64,000 nt of DNA from Fimbriimonadaceae bacterium (lineage in GTDB: Bacteria > Armatimonadota > Fimbriimonadia > Fimbriimonadales > Fimbriimonadaceae), in contig JALHNM010000002.1 of the NCBI GenBank assembly GCA_022843485.1, forward strand, positions 94,238-158,237. The letters are read 5' to 3'. The notes under the pieces were generated by a model. The model was not told the origin of the DNA and made no database searches. It saw only the letters and a list, made by a program, of their open reading frames with translations. Made by a program: the position numbers and the translations under genes. Shown piece after piece: positions 46,878-56,855 of this stretch (its first letter is position 1; each line of letters starts with the position of its first letter).

Positions 46878-48335
46878 ATGCCCTGTTCTTCATTGCCTCT
46901 AAAGCGGAGTTCCCGTTCGGCTCTCATCGGCTCGCTCCTGCTCCTCTCGCTCACCCTCCCGGTCGTCGGCGCGGCCCAGGGCCCTCCCCCGTGGCTCTGG
47001 AAGGCGAGCGGCTCGGACCCGGCGAACGCGGTCGGTTTCTCGGCGGACGGCACTGCGTTCGCGAAGGGCACGACCGGCTCCGACGTGCTCGTATTCGACT
47101 CGATCGAGGGTTCTCCGAGCCAGGTGCTCTCCGGTCACACGGGACAAGTCTTGGCCATCGCGTTCCCCAACAGCGGCGACGTCGTCGCCACCGGCTCGTT
47201 CGACCGCTCTGTTCGGCTCTGGAACTGGCGGACCGGCGCGCTCATCCGGTCGCTCCCCGGCCACTCCGCCCCGGTGAACGCCATCGCGTTCTCGCCGAAC
47301 GGTAACCTCTTGGCATCGGCTTCCACCGACCGGACGGTCCGCATTTGGCGTGTCGGGGATGGGGCTCTGCTTAACACGTTGACAGGCCACACGGACGCCG
47401 TCAATTCGCTGGCCTGGGGTTCTTCGAACGTCCTCGCGAGCGGCTCGAGCGACCTCTCGATCCGTCTCTGGGACCCGGCCACCGGGATTCTCCTGCGCAC
47501 GCTGACCGGGCACGCGGGTCCCATCAGCTCGCTCGCCTTCAACACCGACCTCTCTCAGCTCGCCTCGGGCTCGTGGGACGCCACGGTCAAGCTGTGGAAC
47601 CCGCAGACCGGCGACCTGTTCCGGACTATCCCGGGCCACACCGACTGGGTTCTCGGGCTTGTCTTCACTGGTGACCGCAGGACGCTCGTCTCGGGTTCGC
47701 TCGACGGCACCATCAGGTTCTGGAACCCGCAGGACGGCACACTGCGCAAGCGCTACGACGAGGAGACCGGTGCCGTGCTCGGCCTCGCCTTCGGTTTCGA
47801 CGACGCCCTCCTCGGCATCGCCGCCGAACAGTCCGGCGTGGCCCGGAACCCGTTCGGCGTACCGGACGTGCAGTTCCCGATCGCGTTCCAGGCCCTGCGC
47901 GGCCGAGTCGATCGTGGCGATCTCACGAGCCTGCGAGGCGATGACTCGAACCCGCTCCGCGTCTGCCGGTTCATCGTCCCGAACGACCCGCTGCGGGTCG
48001 TCGAGCTCCGGTACACGCTGCGCACGATCACGCCGAAGCCCGGCGCCCTCGTCGTGGCCGTCCGCTCGCGGGCCTCGGTCGGTGGGTTGCTCCAGCAGAC
48101 GCTCGAGCTGTTCGACTGGGCCGAGAACCGCTTCGACCCGACGGACGTGCTCCAGGGGAACCTCAACACGACCTTCACGAGCCGGGTCTTGACGGCCACG
48201 GGCGATCTGACCCGTTACGTCGACTCCAACCGGCGCATCCGGGTCCAGCAGACCATGCGCATCGTCGGCCCCATCCCGAACCCGAACCCGTGCCTCGAGA
48301 CGACGCTCGTCCGAGCCACGGTCACCCCGTCCTAA
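46878..48335 (+). CDS. secreted WD40-repeat protein with shared C-terminal domain
   Basis: Signal peptide ...LIGSLLLLSLTLPVVGAAQG; seven WD repeats (GHTGQVLAIAF ... SFDRSVRLWN etc.); last ~140 aa (47913..48332) homologous to the C-termini of ORFs 3228, 25356 and 36769. Confidence 0.75.
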   Translation: MPCSSLPLKRSSRSALIGSLLLLSLTLPVVGAAQGPPPWLWKASGSDPANAVGFSADGTAFAKGTTGSDVLVFDSIEGSPSQVLSGHTGQVLAIAFPNSGDVVATGSFDRSVRLWNWRTGALIRSLPGHSAPVNAIAFSPNGNLLASASTDRTVRIWRVGDGALLNTLTGHTDAVNSLAWGSSNVLASGSSDLSIRLWDPATGILLRTLTGHAGPISSLAFNTDLSQLASGSWDATVKLWNPQTGDLFRTIPGHTDWVLGLVFTGDRRTLVSGSLDGTIRFWNPQDGTLRKRYDEETGAVLGLAFGFDDALLGIAAEQSGVARNPFGVPDVQFPIAFQALRGRVDRGDLTSLRGDDSNPLRVCRFIVPNDPLRVVELRYTLRTITPKPGALVVAVRSRASVGGLLQQTLELFDWAENRFDPTDVLQGNLNTTFTSRVLTATGDLTRYVDSNRRIRVQQTMRIVGPIPNPNPCLETTLVRATVTPS

Positions 48336-48351
48336 GCGCCTGACCGGCCGC

Positions 48352-49806
48352 CTAGCCGCCCCGCAGCAGCTGCAACACGCTCTGCGGGGCCTGGTTGGCC
48401 TGGGCCAGCACCGAGACGCCGCTCTGGCGAAGGATCTGGACCTTCGTGAACTCCGTCATCTCCTTGGCGAGGTCGGCGTCACGGATCTGGCTCTCGGAGG
48501 CCGTGATGTTCTCCTGGGCGACGGCCAACGAACGGCCGGTCGACTCGAGGAAGTTCTTCTGGAAGGAACCGAGGTTGCCGCGGAGGGCCGAGAGCTGGGA
48601 GATCGCGTCGTCGATGATCGCCATCGCGTCGCGGGCGCCTTGCGGCGACCGCAGGTCGATTGTCGAGAGGTTCTGTCCCGCGACGGCGGCCGTCCCGAGC
48701 CGAGAGGGGTCGACGCTGGGGATCGAGAACGTAGTTGCCTGGTCCGAGTTGCTGCCGATCTGGAAGCGCATGCTCCCCACGTTCAGTTGCCCGACCACGG
48801 TCGCGGCGCCGACCGCGTTGCCCGCCACGGTAACCACGAGCTTGTTCCCGCTCGGCGAGGTCAGCGTCAGGCCGTCGTCGTTCGGGCCGACCCCGCCCGT
48901 GAAGGTCTCCGTCTGGGTGCCCGAGGGCTCGACGGGGACGGTCACGTCGTAGACCGCGTTCGCCCCGACCGCTGGGGTGGCGCCGGAACCGTTGTTGAGG
49001 ATTGTCCCTGTCTCGAGGTAGTTGATCGGGTAGCGCGAGCCGAACTTCGTGGACGTGAGCGTGAACTGGAGCGGGGTGCCGGCGACCGTCGCCGAGACGC
49101 CGGTCGTGGCCGACTGCTGGTTGACCATCGCGAGCACGTCGTTGACGGTCATGCCCGCTTGGACCGTGAAGGCCTGGCCGTTCAGGACGAACGTGCCTGC
49201 GCCCACCGTCGCGCCCGTGCTGGCAAAGGTGGTCGCCAAGGCCCCGGTCGTCGTCCGGGTCGCTGCTGTGGTCTGGTCGATGGTGATGGATCCCGTCCGT
49301 ACCGTCGCGCCGTTGAACGTCGAGCCGACGAACGCGCTGGAGACGAGGTCGGTGCGGGTGACGGAGGTTGAGACCCCGGAGCTCCCGTTGAGCAGCCGCT
49401 TGCTCCCCCAGGTCGTCTGCTCGGCGATGCGCCGGATCGAGTCGACGACCGACCGCACCTGGGTCTGGTTCGCCTCGAGCTGTGCCGCGTCGATGGTCGC
49501 GGTGTTGGCCGAGTGGACAGCGAGGCCGCGGACGTCCCGGAGCAGGCGCGAGATCTCGTCCATTGCGCCCTCCGCCGTCCGTGCCATGTTGACCGCGTCT
49601 TGCACGTTGCGGCTCGCCTGCTCGATCCCCTTGATCTGGGACCTCAGGCCTTCGCTGATGATGAGGCCGGCCGGGTCGTCGGCGGCCGTGTTGATCCGCA
49701 GGCCGGTGGCGAGGCGGGTCACCGAGCCCGACATCATGGCGTCGGTCTGGCTCAGGTACCGCATCGCGGTCATCGCGGGGACGTTGGTATTGATCCTCAG
49801 GCTCAC
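48352..49806 (-). CDS. fliC: flagellin
   Basis: Conserved D0/D1 termini: MSLRINTNVPAMTAMRYLSQ ... GLRINTAADDPAGL at the N-end and LGSFQKNFLESTGRSLAVAQENITASESQIRDADLAKEMTEFTKVQILRQSGVSVLAQANQAPQSVLQLL at the C-end; variable Thr/Gly-rich middle. Confidence 0.9.
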   Translation of the reverse strand: MSLRINTNVPAMTAMRYLSQTDAMMSGSVTRLATGLRINTAADDPAGLIISEGLRSQIKGIEQASRNVQDAVNMARTAEGAMDEISRLLRDVRGLAVHSANTATIDAAQLEANQTQVRSVVDSIRRIAEQTTWGSKRLLNGSSGVSTSVTRTDLVSSAFVGSTFNGATVRTGSITIDQTTAATRTTTGALATTFASTGATVGAGTFVLNGQAFTVQAGMTVNDVLAMVNQQSATTGVSATVAGTPLQFTLTSTKFGSRYPINYLETGTILNNGSGATPAVGANAVYDVTVPVEPSGTQTETFTGGVGPNDDGLTLTSPSGNKLVVTVAGNAVGAATVVGQLNVGSMRFQIGSNSDQATTFSIPSVDPSRLGTAAVAGQNLSTIDLRSPQGARDAMAIIDDAISQLSALRGNLGSFQKNFLESTGRSLAVAQENITASESQIRDADLAKEMTEFTKVQILRQSGVSVLAQANQAPQSVLQLLRGG

Positions 49807-49890
49807 AGTCTGGGCTCCAAGCCGGATCCACGGAGGAAACCGGCAGTCTTGCTATGAGGGATTCTCGGCTGAGTGTGGAAAGAACCTTAG

Positions 49891-51330
<1,440 letters not shown>

Positions 51331-51436
51331 GGCCGTCGCTCTCTTGCCCTAGTGATTCGCAGGGGGAGGTCTGCGACACGAGGAGCACGCGTGGCGTCTA
51401 GAGAGTGGTGTCAGACCACGTGGAGAAGGACAGGAC

Positions 51437-52699
51437 ATGACGAGGTTCGGAAGCCAGGGGCCGTTTCATTTCGCTTCTTGGGGGAGGGTCAGCTTGGCGA
51501 TCGCCGGGTCGCTCCTCCTGGCGGGGTCGGGGCTGGCGGCTACCGAGGACGACTCGTTCGCCAAGACGAAGGCCCTCGCGCTGAGTCGATTGATGGAGGC
51601 GGCGAAGAAGCTCGGGCGGCCCTTGATCGTCGAGACGACCATCGAAATGGCGCACATCCCGGACGAGCTCTGGGAGGGCGCGATGAGCCTGGAACCGGGC
51701 CAGTTCTTGACGCTTCTCGCCGGTTGGACCGGGACGAAGCGGGAGCAGCACAACGGCGTCCAGCTCCTTCTGCGAGACCGTCAAGATGGCTCGCCCACCG
51801 GGGACAGCGACGCCGCCCAGGCCCTCGCCTGGGCCTCCCGACTGTCGCCCGACCAACTGAAGGCTCTCCTGACCCCGGACGGGCTCTCGACGGCGAAGCT
51901 GGACGACCAAACCCTGTGGACGCTGGCTTCGGTGGGGGGGCCGAGTTCGTTGGGGCTCGCCATGATCCGTCACCGCGCCGATTCGAACGTGGGGGTCATG
52001 GGGTCGCCCTACGTCGAGTTCGTTCGCGAGGGAAAGGTTCGACGAGTCCCGTTGCCAGGCTCGGATATGCGCCGGATTCACCGTGACGACCCTGTCTCCC
52101 CTCCCGCAGACTGGCGGACGCTGGTGCCGTCGGTGAGTCTCGAGGAGACCGTGCCCGGCCCGCTCGATTTTGGCCCCGGCGCCTGGACCCCGTTGTACAA
52201 GATGGTGAACGCCGCGACCCGGCAGTTCGACCTCCAATTGGGCTACGACTTCCGGCTTGCGGAGGCGGAAGTCTTCGCGGCGGGCTCGATGACCGAAGAA
52301 ACTTGGCTGAAGGTGTTCCGACGCTTGGTCACGTCGCAAGACCCGTCGTCCAGTCGCCGGTCCGAAACCGCTGAACACGGCGCCCTCGCGCTGAAGAACT
52401 GGTTTGGGAGCGACCCGGACTCGATCCCGCTCCAGACCGAACCGCTGAACGGGTTTACGGCGAAAGACTTCCTCGAAGGGCGGGAGATCGCTCTTGGGGG
52501 CTTGCTGTCGCAGAACCCCCATTTAGGGGACTGGGCGAGGAAGCAGCTCAACCTCGGGCCGAACGACCGGGTTCGCTTGGGACTGAGGCCGATTCTGCGC
52601 CTCGAGGCTCCAGGTTGGAGAGAACTGCCGAGGCGGATGCTTACCGGCGCCCATAGGGTCGTCTTCGACAACGTCGGCTCGATCGCGTTGGACGACTAG
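51437..52699 (+). CDS. secreted hypothetical protein
   Basis: Signal-like N-terminus GRVSLAIAGSLLLAGSGLAA; 420 aa; no recognised domain. Confidence 0.5.
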   Translation: MTRFGSQGPFHFASWGRVSLAIAGSLLLAGSGLAATEDDSFAKTKALALSRLMEAAKKLGRPLIVETTIEMAHIPDELWEGAMSLEPGQFLTLLAGWTGTKREQHNGVQLLLRDRQDGSPTGDSDAAQALAWASRLSPDQLKALLTPDGLSTAKLDDQTLWTLASVGGPSSLGLAMIRHRADSNVGVMGSPYVEFVREGKVRRVPLPGSDMRRIHRDDPVSPPADWRTLVPSVSLEETVPGPLDFGPGAWTPLYKMVNAATRQFDLQLGYDFRLAEAEVFAAGSMTEETWLKVFRRLVTSQDPSSSRRSETAEHGALALKNWFGSDPDSIPLQTEPLNGFTAKDFLEGREIALGGLLSQNPHLGDWARKQLNLGPNDRVRLGLRPILRLEAPGWRELPRRMLTGAHRVVFDNVGSIALDD

Positions 52700-52703
52700 C
52701 CCT

Positions 52704-54179
52704 TCAGTCCAGTCTGGCGAGGCGGCGGAGGGCGCGGTAGAGCTCGACCATCGCGAGGGTGTCGCGTTCGCAGTAGCGGAGGAGCGCCTCTCGCGTGGCC
52801 TCCGCGGCCTCGGGCGGCAGGGCACCGGAGACGAGGTCGAGGTACGCCTGACTCGCCGCGTCGCCGCCCTTGATCGCGAGGTCGGAGTAGTCGAGGCCGG
52901 GCACGAGCGCGGGGAGCACGGCCTTGATCGAGAACTGCCCCCCGAACGCCCGGTCGTAGACTCCCTCACGGACGATCGGATAGAGGTCGACGAGACGGTC
53001 GAGGACGTACCCCAAGAGATCCTTCGCCCCGTCGATCCCTTGGCGCTCAAGGGCCTCGAGACGCTGCTTCTCGTAGGAGCTGTAGACCGCGATCGACCGG
53101 GCCCCTTCTACCGCCAGCCGCAGGGAGGCGACGAACCCGGAGCGTGGGTCCTGACCGGTCACGTCCAGGAACTCGGAGTGGACGGCCTCGCTGCCCGGTG
53201 AGTCGAGGCGGTGGCACGACCACTGGAACACGACGGGGCCGTATGGGCCGAGCCCGGGGAACAGCGGCAAGAGCGGCCCGGCCGCCTCGAAGTCCACAAA
53301 GCACGCCGGGAACTCGATCGACGCGAGCTCCCCAGCCACCCCCGGCTCGACCCGGGGCCCGCCGAAGCGGACGACCTCGACGACCCTCCGCTCGATCGGG
53401 CTCAGCCGCTCGCCGTCCGGGATCTGCTCGATCGTATCGACCCCCTGCGCCCGGAACCGGACGATCCGGTCGTGACGCATCCCGGGGATCGTCTCGATGT
53501 CCGTCTCCGACTGCCCCTCGCGACAGTGGGCCGTGAACGGGCAGGGCACGGGGTTCCTGCAGGCGGGACCGAGAACGGCGTCCGGTCGGCGTCCCGCCTC
53601 GCGGAGGCCCTCCCACGTTCGGATCGCGTCGAGCACCGCCGTCCTGAGTTGGTCGACCCGCCTGGTGAGATCTGTGAGGAGAAGGAGGTCGGCGTGCTCC
53701 AACGGGCGGTCGCCGCGGACGAGGGTCTTGTCCACGAGCCCAAGGCTAGCCCTGACGACCTCGATCCCGGCTCGGCGCAGCACCTCCACCTGGAACGCGA
53801 CTTCCTCCTCGTAGTGTGGCTTGACGCTGGTGGAGGACTTCACCTCGACCAGACGCCAGGCAGTACCCTCGCGGAGGAGGACGTCGCACCGCACGTAGAG
53901 GCCGTCCGCCAGGAAGGCGGGCTCGAAGAGGGTGTCGGCGCCGGATTCCAGAGCCCGCCTGGTCTCTTCGAGGGCCGCTTCCGGCTCCGTCGCCTCGATG
54001 AGCACCCCGCCCGGGAACCGGGTCCGGACGTCCTCGCCGAACGCTCGCCCCGTCTCCATCCGTGCTCGCGAGGCGGGGTCCGGCGGAGTGGCCGCGTCTG
54101 GGTCGTTGACTTCGAGCCACCCCCGTCGAGGGCATTGCCGAAGGGAGACGTAGAGGGACTTGGTGAGGGGACGGCTCAA
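52704..54179 (-). CDS. DUF2779-family protein (RecB-like PD-(D/E)xK nuclease N-terminus plus RNase-H-like C-terminal domain)
   Basis: N-terminal Cas4/RecB-like core ...LVEVKSSTSVKPHYEEEVAFQV... ; overall length and architecture match DUF2779 proteins. Confidence 0.55.
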   Translation of the reverse strand: MSRPLTKSLYVSLRQCPRRGWLEVNDPDAATPPDPASRARMETGRAFGEDVRTRFPGGVLIEATEPEAALEETRRALESGADTLFEPAFLADGLYVRCDVLLREGTAWRLVEVKSSTSVKPHYEEEVAFQVEVLRRAGIEVVRASLGLVDKTLVRGDRPLEHADLLLLTDLTRRVDQLRTAVLDAIRTWEGLREAGRRPDAVLGPACRNPVPCPFTAHCREGQSETDIETIPGMRHDRIVRFRAQGVDTIEQIPDGERLSPIERRVVEVVRFGGPRVEPGVAGELASIEFPACFVDFEAAGPLLPLFPGLGPYGPVVFQWSCHRLDSPGSEAVHSEFLDVTGQDPRSGFVASLRLAVEGARSIAVYSSYEKQRLEALERQGIDGAKDLLGYVLDRLVDLYPIVREGVYDRAFGGQFSIKAVLPALVPGLDYSDLAIKGGDAASQAYLDLVSGALPPEAAEATREALLRYCERDTLAMVELYRALRRLARLD

Positions 54180-54248
54180 CGACCCGGGAGTGTATCACCC
54201 GCCAAGGGCCCCGGGTACCATGTTGGTTCCTCGTAGAGAGAACAGGAC

Positions 54249-54848
54249 ATGAACTTCCACGACCGTCTCGACAACGTCATCGCCCGCTACGACCTGCTCC
54301 AGCACCCGTTCTACAAGGCGTGGAACGAGGGCACGCTGCCGGTCGCGGCGCTCAAGGACTATGCGACCGAGTGGGGGGCGTTCATCGAGGTCGTCCCGCA
54401 GACCTGGGAGGCGGTCGGCGAGTTCGCGATCGCGGCCGAAGAGCGGACGCACGTCGAGATGTGGCGCCGGTTCGCCGCGGCCTTGGGCACCGACATCGAC
54501 CGCCCGAAGGGCCCCCGGGTCGGTGACCTGGTCGCCCGGACCCGCGAGTCGTGCGGTATGGCGAGCGACGCGCTTGGCGCCCTTTACGCCTTCGAGGCCC
54601 AGCAGCCGAACACCTCGAGCTCGAAGCTGGACGGGCTTCGGGAGCACTACCGTGACCTCGGCGAAGCGGCCATGGAGTACTTCGTCGTGCACCAGGACGA
54701 CGACACCGAGCCGAAGATCATCCTCGATCGCATCGCCGGTCTGAGCCCGGACGAGCAGGAGCGGGCCGTCGAGTCGTGCACGACGATCTGCCGCTCGCTC
54801 TGGGACGGCCTCACCGAGATCCACGACCGCCACTGCCCGGCGGCGTAA
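54249..54848 (+). CDS. heme-oxygenase-like fold protein (CADD / TenA / PqqC family)
   Basis: LLQHPFYKAWNEGTLPVAALKDYATEW, characteristic of CADD/PqqC-like iron-dependent enzymes. Confidence 0.55.
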   Translation: MNFHDRLDNVIARYDLLQHPFYKAWNEGTLPVAALKDYATEWGAFIEVVPQTWEAVGEFAIAAEERTHVEMWRRFAAALGTDIDRPKGPRVGDLVARTRESCGMASDALGALYAFEAQQPNTSSSKLDGLREHYRDLGEAAMEYFVVHQDDDTEPKIILDRIAGLSPDEQERAVESCTTICRSLWDGLTEIHDRHCPAA

Positions 54849-54897
54849 GCCCTGTGTTCGACGGGGGGCACCGAGAGACCGGTGCCCTCCGTGATCC

Positions 54898-54950
54898 CGG
54901 ACTGCGTCTGCTCGCAGACGCTCTGGAGTAGCGAGCTTGCTCGCTCGTCT
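54898..54950. terminator. double hairpin between convergent CADD-like gene and tRNA-Leu
   Basis: GCGTCTGC-tc-GCAGACGC followed by GCGAGC-ttgc-GCTCGC; same two-hairpin architecture as the 67-bp tandem-repeat unit at 56061. Confidence 0.4.
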
Positions 54951-54963
54951 CCCGTCCGATGAG

Positions 54964-55048
54964 TTGGTGGACAAGGTGGGACTCGAACCCACACGCCTTG
55001 CGGCACTGGAACCTAAACCCAGCGCGTCTGCCAATTCCGCCACTCGCC
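54964..55048 (-). tRNA. tRNA-Leu (anticodon TAG), long variable arm
   Basis: Reverse complement GGGCGAGTGGCGGAATTGGCAGACGCGCTGGGTTTAGGTTCCAGTGCCGCAAGGCGTGTGGGTTCGAGTCCCACCTTGTCCACCA: acceptor GGGCGAG/CTTGTCC (two G-U pairs), D arm GCG-GAATTGGCAGA-CGC, anticodon stem CTGGG/TCCAG with loop TTTAGGT, long variable arm, T arm GTGGG-TTCGAGT-CCCAC, CCA encoded. Confidence 0.75.
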
Positions 55049-55110
55049 CGAGGGCCGACAGGATACCAGGCGGGGCCAGGCGGCGACGGCGGCTGGTAGA
55101 GTCCTGATCC

Positions 55111-56082
55111 ATGGTGCTCGTCGTCGGCGGGGCCGGTTACGTCGGCTCCCACACCCTGCTCGCGTTGCGCGAGGCCGGTCGGGAGGCGATCGCGCTGGAC
55201 GACCTCTCTCGAGGTCATGAATGGGCCCTCCTCGGCGCCCCGCTCGTCCGAGCTGACGTGACCGACCTCGAAGCACTCCGCTACGTCTTCGGCCGTCATC
55301 AGGTCTCGGCCGTGCTCCACTTCGCCGGGCTGATCGAGGTCGGCGAGAGTGTGAAGGACCCCGCTGGCTTCTACCATGCCAACGTCCACGGCACCTGGTG
55401 CCTGCTCGAGGCGATGCGCGAGGCGGGGGTCCGCGACCTGGTGTTCAGCTCCACCGCGGCAGTGTACGGCGAGCCCGAGCACACCCCGATCCCGGAGATG
55501 CACCCCAGGAACCCGACGAGCCCGTACGGAGACACGAAGCTGGCCGCGGAACGACTGATCCAGGCCTATGAGGCTGCCTACGGGTTCCGGGCGGTGCGGC
55601 TTCGCTACTTCAACGCGGCAGGCGCCGACCCGGAGGGAAGGCTAGGAGAGGCGCACGACCCGGAGACTCACCTCATCCCCCGAGCCCTGCTCTCCGTCCT
55701 GGGGCGCGGGCAGTTCACGGTATTCGGAGACGACTACCCGACGCCGGACGGAACGTGTGTTCGGGACTACGTCCATGTGTGCGACCTTGCTGCGGCCCAC
55801 GTGGCGGCTCTCGACGCCTTGCGCCGGGGCGAGTCCGGGGCGTTCAACCTCGGGACGGGGCGAGGGGCGAGCGTTCGCGAGGTGGTCGAGGCGGTCCGGG
55901 CGGTGACGGGGGCCGACTTCTCACCTGGGGTCGCTCCCCGGCGACCGGGGGATCCGGCCGTCCTCGTGGCCGACCCCGGGCTGGCGGGGTCCGTGCTCGG
56001 TTGGCAGCCCCAGCGCAGCGACCTCCTCACCGTGGTCGAGGACGCTTGGCGCTGGCACCGGCGGAGTCTGCAAGCAGACTAA
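55111..56082 (+). CDS. galE: UDP-glucose 4-epimerase
   Basis: VLVVGGAGYVGSHT Rossmann motif and YGxxK-type catalytic region; final 7 codons and the stop lie inside the first copy of the 67-bp tandem repeat. Confidence 0.9.
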   Translation: MVLVVGGAGYVGSHTLLALREAGREAIALDDLSRGHEWALLGAPLVRADVTDLEALRYVFGRHQVSAVLHFAGLIEVGESVKDPAGFYHANVHGTWCLLEAMREAGVRDLVFSSTAAVYGEPEHTPIPEMHPRNPTSPYGDTKLAAERLIQAYEAAYGFRAVRLRYFNAAGADPEGRLGEAHDPETHLIPRALLSVLGRGQFTVFGDDYPTPDGTCVRDYVHVCDLAAAHVAALDALRRGESGAFNLGTGRGASVREVVEAVRAVTGADFSPGVAPRRPGDPAVLVADPGLAGSVLGWQPQRSDLLTVVEDAWRWHRRSLQAD

Positions 56083-56328
56083 TCCAGTGCGAGAGCACGC
56101 TCTCGCACTCCGGGCCTCGCTGCGCTCGCGGAGTCTGCAAGCAGACTAATCCAGAGCGAGAGCACGCTCTCGCACTCCGGGCCTCGCTGCGCTCGCGGGG
56201 TCTGCGAGCAGACTAATCCAGAGCGAGAGCACGCTCTCGCACTCCGGGCCTCGCTGCGCTCGCGGGGTCTGCGAGCAGATTGATCCAGGGCGAGAGCAGG
56301 CTCTCGCACTCCTGGGGCTAGGGTGTGA
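56061..56328. repeat. 4 x 67-bp direct tandem repeat, each unit carrying two hairpins
   Basis: Units begin GCGG at 56061, 56128, 56195, 56262; copies 1-3 near-identical, copy 4 degenerate. Each unit contains AGTCTGC-aa-GCAGACT and GCGAGAG-cacg-CTCTCGC palindromes. No unique spacers, so not CRISPR. Confidence 0.8.
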
Positions 56329-56833
56329 CGGGGACTCTGCCTTCGATGGCGATCCGGCCACCCTCGACCGCGACTCGGGTCAGCTCCAAGGCCAGCGGGA
56401 GGTCGGCGACGTCGAACACCGGGTTGAGCTGCTCCAACTGGCCCTCGACGAGCCCCCGGGCGACGGGGACGCTCAGATCGACGAGGTCCACGAACACCTG
56501 CCGCCCCTCCACGACCCTCAACCGGCACGTCAGAGTCGCCCGCACTTCGAACACGACCTTCGCCGTCGCCTCGATCTCGATCTCGCCGTCCGGCATCCGC
56601 ACGACGACGTCCCGGAGCATCCCTTTCGACCGGGCCTCCAGCAGGGACGTCACTCCCTCCGGCAGGATCTCGGCCGTGAGCCGACCCTCCGCCCCGAGCT
56701 CGAGCGCCCCCGTCTTGATGTCCACCGTCGCCGCCTGCGCCTCGATCACGATGTGCTCCAACCGTAACCCGAAGTGCAAGGTGAGCCCGTTCACCTCCGC
56801 GTGGAGGCGGTCGAGGGTGAGTCGCTTGCTCAT
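56318..56833 (-). CDS. DUF2993 (LmeA-like) family protein, short paralog
   Basis: Probable start MSKRLTLDRLHAEVNGLTLHF; beta-rich sequence resembling the ORF at 28382..29230; N-terminal 62 track codons overlap the tandem repeat and are probably not translated. Confidence 0.45.
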   Translation of the reverse strand: MSKRLTLDRLHAEVNGLTLHFGLRLEHIVIEAQAATVDIKTGALELGAEGRLTAEILPEGVTSLLEARSKGMLRDVVVRMPDGEIEIEATAKVVFEVRATLTCRLRVVEGRQVFVDLVDLSVPVARGLVEGQLEQLNPVFDVADLPLALELTRVAVEGGRIAIEGRVPVTP

Positions 56834-56855
56834 AACCTTCGGGTAGTGTGACCGC

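Noticed and set aside
54195-55112. 305-aa minus-strand ORF spanning the tRNA-Leu locus
   Set aside because: It overlaps a clearly folding tRNA-Leu and the antisense strand of the CADD-like gene, and is R/A/G-rich. It is spurious.
56061-56328. Possible CRISPR array
   Set aside because: The units are directly abutting 67-bp repeats with no unique spacers, and no cas genes are adjacent. It is a tandem repeat / REP-like element.
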